Part shown: in pieces, positions 55,181-64,000 of the stretch
Numbering within the stretch: the first letter of the stretch is position 1
Layout: every line of letters starts with the position of its first letter
Assembly (NCBI GenBank): GCA_039621445.1
Contig: CP154954.1
Span: 28,700,417-28,764,416, forward strand
Direction of reading: 5' to 3'
Length of the DNA: 64,000 nt
Source: Euglena gracilis
Taxonomy: Eukaryota
Made by a program: the position numbers and the translations under genes
Notes under the pieces: generated by a model
Database searches by the model: none
What the model was told of the DNA's origin: nothing
The model's input: only the letters and a program-made list of their open reading frames with translations

Positions 55181-56022
55181 TTGCAGAGCACATTTTGTGT
55201 TTTCAACGTTTCTAAATTTCTGATGCATTTCTTGCAATCCGCATGGCCTGCTGGATCGGGGCAGGGGAAAGGGTTCTCGACTGACCCGGGACATCCGCGA
55301 TGATCCTCACCTGCCCCTCTTATCTAAGAACCAGGAAAGGAAAGCAGGGGTCTTTAAGGGACAGGAAAGGTTTTTTTTATTTATTTTCTTAAGGACCTTC
55401 CCCGTGCCGCGGAACCTTCCTTTTGGTCCTGCGGCACCGGGGAACCTGAGAATTGACCCTTTTCAGGGACCAATTTAGGCCAGAGGTTAGGTTTCGTTTG
55501 GGAAGATTTTTGAGTCGTCTGTTGGCCCCAAAAATGCCTGAATTTGGCCTAAATTCGTCCGCGGCCTCAATTCACCTTCACTTCACTCACTTCTCCTCAC
55601 TCCTCCTTCGAAGATCGGGGAGCCCGACGGGAGGCCGATCGTAACCCTAACCCTATTTCAATCAATAACCCCGATTTTCCCCAGAAGGTTGGACCCAGGT
55701 CCCACCATACGACCCCCCCCCCCCGATCCAACTATATGCCCCCCGTAATTGGGAGCTGCCTCATTTTCTCCCCGATGTTGACCTGTTCTCGCCGAAAAAT
55801 GCCAAATTTCCTTGCCCATTTTCCTGTGTATCTTTCATGGAATGTGCAAATGGACAGCAAAGGTTGTTTTTTTTCATTTGAGGACCGCCCTGAAGGAAAG
55901 AGGGGGCAGAACCGAACCTCGTCGAACAGAGGGGCTGCTCGGAAAGCTGGAAAGGGGGCGAACAAGTGGCCGCCGGGAGCTTTGCAGCCCGACTTCCCCG
56001 TCAGAAAGCCCCCGCCCCACAC

Positions 56023-56167
56023 CAGACCTCCATTTAGTATGTATCACCAAAAATTTTTTTATGTATCACATGTATCACAGCCTAAAAATTAATGTATCAC
56101 ACACGTATCACCCAAAAAAATTTAATGTATCACAGATATGTTGTGATACGCACTAAATGGCGGTCTG
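56023..56167. mobile_element. 145-bp hAT-type MITE with internal ATGTATCAC repeats
   Basis: TIR CAGACCTCCATTTAGTATGTATCAC / GTGATACGCACTAAATGGCGGTCTG; TSD CCCCACAC / CCCCACCC. Confidence 0.75.
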
Positions 56168-56189
56168 CCCCACCCCCATCCATTCACAT

Positions 56190-57584
56190 TCGCCACGCGC
56201 ACCGCGCGGCGGCCCGCGTTCCCCGGGTGTGCCCCGCGCCGCAGCGCCCGGGACACGCCGCGCGACGCCGCCCCGGGCCCGCCCGCCAGGCCGCGGCGGC
56301 TGACCGCGGCCTCCGCGGCGGAGGCGGGCGACGGCGGCCTGCCGGCCCTGGCCGGCCCCGCGCCGCTCATGCGCCGGCGGCTGCGCCGGAGCTGCGACCT
56401 GGGGGTGCGGATGCCGTCCACCGACATGCTGCCCCCCGCCCGGTGATGGCCCTGTGGCCCGGCGCTGCTGTGAATTTCTGGTGCCATTTTTTTGGGTCAA
56501 ATGTTTCCTTGCACAATGCCATGGTGGGCAGGGGGCCCCCCCCCCCCCCCCCCCCCCCCGAGAAACTGTCATTCCTGTAAATATGCTCCGCATGCCTGTA
56601 ACTGCCTGGTCAGGTTTGGTCCCAGTGTTCCGGTGGGATGGGAACGGTGCCGCCGCCTGTATGCGTCCCCCATGTTTTCCTGCATTTCCTCCTGCTGTTG
56701 GCCTCGTTCACCCCCGTCTCCCCAAATCGCCAGCCGGCCCCCCCCCCCCCCCCCCCCCCCGCCCAGTGGGGTCACAGCTCCGGTCAAGCGGACACCCCCC
56801 GGCAGGAGGTGCCGGGGTGGGCCTCCGGCCGCCACCGCCGGCGTCTGCCCACCGCCGTCCGCCCGGATCTCGGAGCGGCGGCCGGCGGTGGTCGGCGCGC
56901 CGTGGATGGTGGTGGACGCCGAGAAGGTGTTCGTGCTGACGCGCACCGCGTCCGGCCGGTGCCGGCGGCAGATGCAAGGCGGCTCCCGCCCTGCGCAGGC
57001 GGGCCGACCGCACGATGTTCTGGGTCCAACTCATCCCCCCCCCCCGATGGACAGAGCACGCTGAGTCTCAAAAGCCTTCATTTCTACCGTGCTTTACGCT
57101 TCATGTCCTTATTCTTTTTGGAGACAGGAAGCAGGCTGTATTTCAGTCGAGTACCTGACCCCACCCCCCGGGGGGGGGGGGGGGGCCTGCCTGGGCAGGC
57201 ACTCCAAGACACAAAAATCAGACCCTCGGGCACTCGGCCAAAAGTGCCTAGCAGGCACTCCTGCGCCTTCGGCGCCGGAAGGCGCAAAAAAGGCCTATTT
57301 TCAAGGGAAATGGCCTATTTTCTGAAGAAGTTCCTGGGTACAGGCCGAAATCCGACCGCCGGGGGGGGGGGGGGCGGGCAGTGCCTGCCTGGGCAGGCAC
57401 CCAAGGGCACTCCGGACCCGGTAAAGAACAGCATGACAGGAAGTTGAAGACGGGTGTGTTTTTGTATGGCCTTTCCCAAAGCGATGGCATTAAGTGCATC
57501 ACAGGGCCGGTGCCACTCCGATTCGGCTTTGGGTTGGCGGGTGGCCCCCCTGGCCCCGCCGCCAAGCCCAGCATCCCGGTGTGA
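56190..57584 (+). CDS. Hypothetical protein exons (either the tail of the upstream gene or a separate gene)
   Basis: GC-rich block ~56190-56442 (..LMRRRLRRSCDLGVRMPSTDMLPPAR) joins in frame through GT-AG intron 56443-56766 to GVTAPVKRTP..WMVVDAEKVFVLTRTASG. A candidate terminal exon ends AAKPSIPV-TGA at 57584. Confidence 0.4.
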
Positions 57585-57609
57585 CGCTTCTCGCTGCCTG
57601 GGCCCCAGT

Positions 57610-58016
57610 CAGGCTTTTGCTTAAGGGATTGCAGTACCCCACCGGGGGGGGGGGGGGGGGCTGGACTGCAGCTAGTCCAAATTTGGCTAGTGGGATTTCT
57701 AGCAGACCCCCCCCGGGGGGGGTCTGCTAGCAGGGCTAGCTAGTGGAATTTTTTTCTCCAGTGACCGGCGCGAGGCGCTGGAAATTTTTTTTGGGACCCC
57801 CAAAAATGGCCAAAAATATCCGTTTTTGGCCATTTTTGGGAATTTTTGGAACAAAATCGTCCCAAAACCTATTAAAAACCTCATTTTTCCTCTGGCACGC
57901 AGCGCCGGAGGAAAATTTTTTTTCCAGTGGGGGGGTCCTAGCTAGTCCATTTTTTCCAGTGTCTAGCCGATGGCTAGCCAGTACCCCCCCTCCCTGGGTC
58001 CTTAAGCAAAAGCTTG
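57610..58016. mobile_element. hAT-type MITE, perfect 8-bp TSD GCCCCAGT
   Basis: CAGGCTTTTGCTTAAGG / CCTTAAGCAAAAGCTTG. Confidence 0.87.
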
Positions 58017-58227
58017 GCCCCAGTCCCCCCAGTCCCCGCAGCTGCCTCCCTCTAGCGAACTGCCACCCAAACGGCGGCGGCTGCAGTGCGCCCCCCGTTC
58101 CAATGGATGTTCTGCGCATTGGTGTGCCATTCTCAGTGATTCTTGCGGTGCATCTCCGGGGCCCAATCTCCCACCCCGTCTCTGGCCCTCTTCATGGGAG
58201 AGAGTGGACAGCGGTGTCCAACGAACA

Positions 58228-58420
58228 CCCCTTGTCTCCCCTTTGTCTAAGCACCACCCATGCGCAGCGCCACCCCCCAGTTCTTACCCATCTTGTTACA
58301 GGTCATTTTCTCGGGGAGGCGTCTTTTGTGTGTGTTTCTAAGAAATATTTCTCGTAAATTTCCAATTATAAGAATTTCTGAAGCCTGATTTGGTGAGGTA
58401 TTGTAATTTTTGATTCCAAT
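58228..58420 (+). repeat. Dispersed repeat, duplicated at ~61595-61780
   Basis: TTGTCTAAGCACCACCC..GTTCTTACCCATCTT..CCTGATTTGGTGAGGTATTG occurs in both places. Confidence 0.7.
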
Positions 58421-60588
58421 TGCCAACTGTGGACTCCAAAAATAACAGAAGTAGTGTTCAGCGTTGGATCTTTTTCGTGTGCAGCGTTGGATCTTTTTGC
58501 GGTTTCTCACCCATATCTTGGCAAAATGAGCACCCCCCCCCCGGTTCTTACCCATCTTTTCCGTTTTTTTTTTTAGACGGGGGGGCACATAGGTCCACAA
58601 GCAGCTGCTGTTTGACTGCCATGGATACTGTGCAGCTGTCAAATGAATACGGAGCCGCAGCCTGTTTTCCTGCTGCATTTTGTGGTGGTAGTGGGCCTCT
58701 TCTTCGTCATACAAAGTCATACCTCGGCCGCTTTGTCAAGCCCTCTTTTGTTTTATTTAAGTTTTGTGACCCAGTGGATCCTGGCCGAGCCCCAACCTCG
58801 GGTCCCTGAGTGGTCCCCTGAGTGGGTACCCCACCGGAAGCGGGGTTTTCTTCTATTTTTGGCAAGAAGGGCCAAAAAAATTTTGGACCCCAAAATTGAA
58901 CCCCAAAAGTGCGTCCCCAAGCCCCTCCCCCTTGGCTGGGTCTGGACACCCCCCAGAAAAGGTCCTAAAAGACCTCTGGCCGGAGGAGGGTAACCCCCCA
59001 AAGCATTAACCCCCAGCATTATATCTGGATGGTATTTCAAGACCCTCGGGGGTATTTGTGGGGGATCAAGTTTTGGATTGCCTCTGTGACCTTTGCGTCA
59101 AAATGAGTCAAATACCAAATTCATACCCAAATTTACGTTGTATATTTCCTGGTTTCACCAAAGTGCACCTTTTTTGCCTAAAAATGGAGGATACAATCCT
59201 TTGGCTGTTTGGTGGGCTTTACACTTTTTCGGGGTTTCTATTTGCGGGGGTTAAGGCGTTGGTGGCTGCTTTGATGAGGGTGGCCGCATTGCAATTGCTT
59301 ACCCCGCCAAGTTGCCCATGCGAACTCCTTGCGCCACGTGTGCTCAGGGATGTGTCTGGATGCATACGTCATCATTGAGCGTGTATAAGCATGGAGGGGC
59401 AAGGAAGCCTGTTGAATTTCTCCAATCTTGTACGCATTTTTTGCATATTTTCTCATGCTTTGAATGCATATGGCTAAGGTGCTTCCAAACACATTCATTT
59501 TTGGGTGAGGGTGTGTTCGGGCCAGTCTGGGTGAAGTTAAGATACATGCAGGTTAAGGACGGTGCTCTGTACCACGAACTGCGTCGTCCTTCGAACTAAG
59601 TATTCATACATACTCACAACTCCATACTGAGTACGATGAATGCATTTCCCTGGTGTCCACCGCCGTGAGCAACCACGCCATCCCTCTCACCGGATACTCA
59701 GCTTGCACGCACAATTCAGAGGGCAGACAGGGGCGAGTGTTGCTCTCATCGAACCTCTGCCAACGAGTTGTCCATTCGAGGCTGTGGTTGCATCCCTTTC
59801 CCGGAAGGTGCCCTGTCCACCATTGTTGTCCCTCCCCACTCCCTTGCCTACTTTCAGGCAGAGGGCAACCAATGGAAGACCCGCACCCCCTTGGGGCAGC
59901 CAACATGGCTTTCGCAATTGGAGGTCCAAAGAAGCTGGTTTTCTTTTTGGATTTCTTTGTCACGTTGCCATGGATGGACCTTTGGGTATGCTTGATGAAT
60001 GCAGATCTGTGGCGAGGGGTTCACCCACCGGTGTGGGGTGGTTTCTCCCGGTCACCCTATGAATTTTAAATACAAAATGCTGAAGATGCCAAACTAAGAT
60101 GAATAACAAAAAGTGATTTGCACAACATTGGATATGTGTTGTATTCGGGACGCCCAGAGTTATTGGGTTTTTTTTCACACTCATGCTGTTGATGTGGCAT
60201 TGCGCCACAGAGTTGTACTGTTGCGCACGTGCATGCCGTGGGTGTGTATCCGCATGCATCTCTGTGTGTTTTCAGTGTACACTCTCTCCTACCACTGCTG
60301 CCGTCCCCTCGCACTGTTCCATCTGAGGAATGACATATAGCTACTACCAACAGGATCTTTTTTTTTTTTGCTTCTTAGGGGAAACCACCACCCCGTTATA
60401 TCCCCAAATTGTTTGCTCATCGTTGCTGCAAGTTTTTGTTTTCTGCGCTACCTAGTTGGTTGATCTTACATTTCAGCTGTTTCATGGTCCTGTGTCTTAT
60501 TGCACAAATTTCCGATTTTTTTTCCATTTTTCCGGGTTAGTTCCAGGCTTTTGAACTGCGGTTACACACCGGCACTCTGTGTGTAGAT

Positions 60589-60647
60589 CAGGGTTTTTTT
60601 TTAGTCCAAGGACCCCACCCTCCCCCCTGGTCTTAAAAAATCCCCTG
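60589..60647. mobile_element. 59-bp minimal hAT-type MITE, perfect TSD GTGTAGAT
   Basis: GTGTAGAT|CAGGGTTTTTTTTTAG...CTTAAAAAATCCCCTG|GTGTAGAT. Confidence 0.8.
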
Positions 60648-63600
60648 GTGTAGATCTTCACCATCTTATGCAGACAAAACCCTGGGGAAAGGCAAAAATT
60701 TGGTGTTTTTGGTCTTCCAAAACATGGGGTTTTGGTTGGTGGGTGGGTGGGTCGACTTCAGGGTCATGAGTGGGTAGGTTTTGGAAAAGTGGGTGGGCGG
60801 GTTTGAGCTGGGGAGAAAGTGCACTCCCGGACCCAGGTGGCCAAACTCGCACTGAAGGATTTTTTCTTTGGCAAGTTGCGCAATTGCGATTTCAAATCCC
60901 TGAGCATCAGCACCCTCAGCTGGTAAAACAAAATATGCAAAATGCACATCTCGCATTTCACATTAAGAAACACGAAGGTTTCGAACTAGTTATTCTAACT
61001 CTGCAGCAGATTCATGTTCTTGTCTGTCAAATAGGTGGGTTGCACACTCTGACCATGACGTCCATGGGTTTGGCGCGTCTGTGCTGCCTGCATTTGCCGG
61101 GTGCTGGATACCTGTTTGATGGGGACCAGTTTTCCACCATTGGACAATGTCATGGTTGCACAAATTTACATGAGCTCGGTTTGTGCAAATGTGCGCACAT
61201 CAACTGTTCGACCTCATCCTCTGTCCCCAACTCACGGTCTTTGCCGCACCCTAGAAGCGTGAAACCTAGGGTATTTATGACTGTTGTTCAGGGGAACCCA
61301 GGAGTGTTTGATGTGCAAAATTGCGTGCACCGACGTGCTTCTTTGTCCACGCCATGGAAGCATGAATCGTTCCCAGAAAGTTGTGCGATCCCCTCTCCGG
61401 TCGCAGTTCAATAATTTGGCCGAACACAAGCCCTCTGAAAGTTTGGTGGGAGTTCCCGACCAGATGAATTCGATTTTTTTTAAGTTTTGTGACCCGGTCC
61501 CGGCCAAGCCTCCCCCAGGGGGGGGTTGGGCTGGGACGAGGGGGGGGGAATATGCAACTTGCATAATTTTCATTTTTTTGCATACCTCCCCCCCCCTTGT
61601 CTAAGCACCACCCTTGTCTAAGCACCCCCCCCCCGGTTCTTACCCATCTTTTTAAAGGTCATCGTCACGGGGAGGTTTATTTTGTGTGCATTTTTAAGGG
61701 AAATTTCTCAAAAATTTCGAAATTTCTGCAACTTCTGAGACCTGATTTGGTGAGGTATTGTTGATTTCTGCATCCAAATGTGTGTAAGTTCAACAGTGCA
61801 CCTTCAAATTAAGGGGAATTTTTCCTTTTTGGCGCGAAGCGCCGGATTTTTTTTGCAGTCAAAATTTTCCCCCTTGTCTAAGCACCACCCCCCTGGTTCT
61901 TACCCATATTTTGGCAAAATAAGCACCCCCCCCCCCCCCGGTTCTTACCCATCTTTTCCGGTTCTTAGACAAGGGGGGGGGGTAATCAGGTTTTTCCGAA
62001 CTTTGCATTTTTTTTGCATTTTTTTTCATTTTTTTTGCATAAAATATTTTGCCCTGGAAAATTTTTTTGTAGTTGGTCGCCATATGTTTGCCTTTTTTTG
62101 CATTTTCTTTGCATTTTTTGCATAAAATTTTTTGTCCTGGAAAATGTTTTGTAGTTGGTCGCCATATGTCATGTTTTGTCTCAGGTCCCTTTGCAGTTGC
62201 CTGGGGTTTTTGGGGTCTCAGTGCTTGCCGTTGTCTTCCAGGAGGTCTTCTTTGCAAATCATTGACAGGTATACACCGGCATTGTCACATGTCTATGGAT
62301 TTTAGGCAGCAACTCTGTTATATTCCAACCTTTTCTCAGGGGTTTTTTTGCAAGTTGCATTTTTTTTTGCAGTTTTTTTTGCATTTTTTTGCATTTTTTT
62401 GCATTTTTTTGACTTGCATAATTTGAAGCCAAGTTGCATTCCCCCCCCCTGCTGAGTGGGTACCCCACTGCAGGAGGGGATTCTTTTGGAGAGTAGAGCC
62501 AGAGTTGATTTGCTTTGCATTTAAAAGAATAAAACTCCTTCCTATGGGGGGAGATGGGCACAGCTTACGTCGGGGAAAGATTGGTGCCAATGCACCATTT
62601 GAGCAGTTGCATTTGTCGCCCTTTTGCGCAACTGCACACACTGCGCCCAACGGTTTTTGCAAAACCCAAAGCGGATGGTGTTGATGAGGCGGCGATTGGA
62701 AGGTTCCTAAACACGCATTCCAGGCGTGCGTGCCCCGCATGCTGTGCGGACACCTGCTCCGGGGCACCCTGAACCATCAAAGCCTTTGCATTTCTTTTTC
62801 CGGTCCCAGGGCACCAGACCACCTCTTGATTGCCTTGTACGGGTTTGGTGTTGTATCCCAAGGTGTTGACGGATTTCTTGGGTGACCGGAAACTTGGCCA
62901 CCGGCACCCATGCTGAATGGCTTCGCTTTTTGGCTTGTCATGTTTGAAAGTTCATTGCAATGCACTTGGGAAGTTGTCATCAAAAGCTTGTGCCACCTAG
63001 CTTGCATGGGGAGAAATGTTCTTTAACGAAGTGATCTTTCGACCTGGCCCGTGAAAAGGTTCCTCGCCGGGCCTCGCAGCGCCCTGCTCGCAGAATTGCG
63101 GTGCAGCGAATGCAGCACTTTATTTTGGAATCCGGAAACGTTGCGAAGGGTCATCTCGTCTCAACCACTGTGCCGTTTCTGGGTTGCAACCTGTAGACAG
63201 GGGTCCCCAGTCTTTTAATCACTTTAGGATGGCAAGGGTTGCATTTCATCTTTCTGCCATCCAAACAAATGAATATTTTTGCAAATTTACAGCGTTTCTG
63301 TATCTCCAAATGAACATTTTTGGATGGTCATTATTTGGAGTAACAGGGAAAGGGTTTCGTTAAGTAATGAATTCTTGAGCAATGTTTTGGGCCGGCTGAT
63401 TGGGAGCATGGCAATGCCCAATAGGAGCAGTTTGTGCCTGCAAATCCGAAACAGCGAGTGCATGGTATGTGCTGCGAGCAGTGAAACTCGTGAAGTACAA
63501 TTGTGTGCCAGAACAATTGCATTGCTGGAATATTCGGGCAGATGGCCACAAAGATGACACGAAGACGGGACACATGGAACGCAGGTCCGCATGCATATTC

Positions 63601-63699
63601 GAAATGAAGGAATCCCTGCAGTGTTGACGAGATGGCCCTCTGCCCGTTTTGCTTGTGTCGCTTTGTCCCTCTGCCGCTGCCGGCAGGCATTATTTTTTT

Positions 63700-64000
63700 T
63701 TAAGGCGAGATTTCTCAAAATATTTTAAGGCGTTTTTTAAGGTTTTTTAAGGTTTTTTAAGGCATTTTGAGGAATTTTAAAAAGTTTTAAGGTTTTTTAA
63801 GGCATTTTTTTACTCAGGTAAAATCTCAGACCCCGAAGATGGCCCGATGGCTTCAGACTCCTGTGGCTTCGGAACGCCCAAGGAAGAAGCCTTGGGTGAA
63901 GCATGGGATCAGGGCGGTCCATGAGGGACAGTTATTGCCATTTTAGGCATTTTAGGAATTTTAGGCCATTCTAGGAATTTTAGGAATTTTAGGCCATTTT
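63700..64000 (+). repeat. TTTTAAGG / TTTTAGGA short-unit tandem repeats
   Basis: Directly visible; similar tracts at ~30045-30120 and ~50600-50680. Confidence 0.7.

Noticed and set aside
62560-63718. Cys-rich minus-strand ORFs suggestive of a SWIM zinc finger or decayed transposase
   Set aside because: Motif incomplete and frames broken; cannot be supported without a search.

Overview
Eukaryotic nuclear DNA, most likely from a photosynthetic euglenid (Euglena-like). Short GC-rich exons, all on the + strand, lie among repeat-filled introns. Many introns are not GT-AG; their two ends base-pair in a fixed register (+4..+6 with -8..-6, e.g. CAG/CTG), the hallmark of euglenid nonconventional introns. 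Using that rule I assembled by hand: (1) the 3' part of a SIN1/Avo1-like PH-domain gene (807-8058); (2) a complete magnesium-dependent phosphatase 1 gene (10221-13506; 7 exons, 6 non-GT-AG introns, two microexons); (3) a plastid-targeted FBN6-like fibrillin (14635-26942) with a two-hydrophobic-domain presequence and a C-terminal membrane extension; (4) one or two hypothetical genes (about 29.2-57.6 kb). Introns and intergenic DNA hold nested non-autonomous DNA transposons. These include many hAT-type MITEs with 8-bp TSDs, a Tc1/mariner-type MITE and long foldbacks. Two elements are more unusual: a TIR family with CTTAG ends, 5-bp TSDs and arrays of TGCGC-N4-GCGCA palindromes, and a two-copy Helitron/Helentron-like element carrying 163-bp and 217-bp tandem arrays. 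Multi-kb (CA)n/(CACG)n microsatellites produce most of the long ORFs in the track, which are spurious. No CRISPR array, rRNA gene or intact transposase was found. All exon models and family assignments are by eye, not from database searches.
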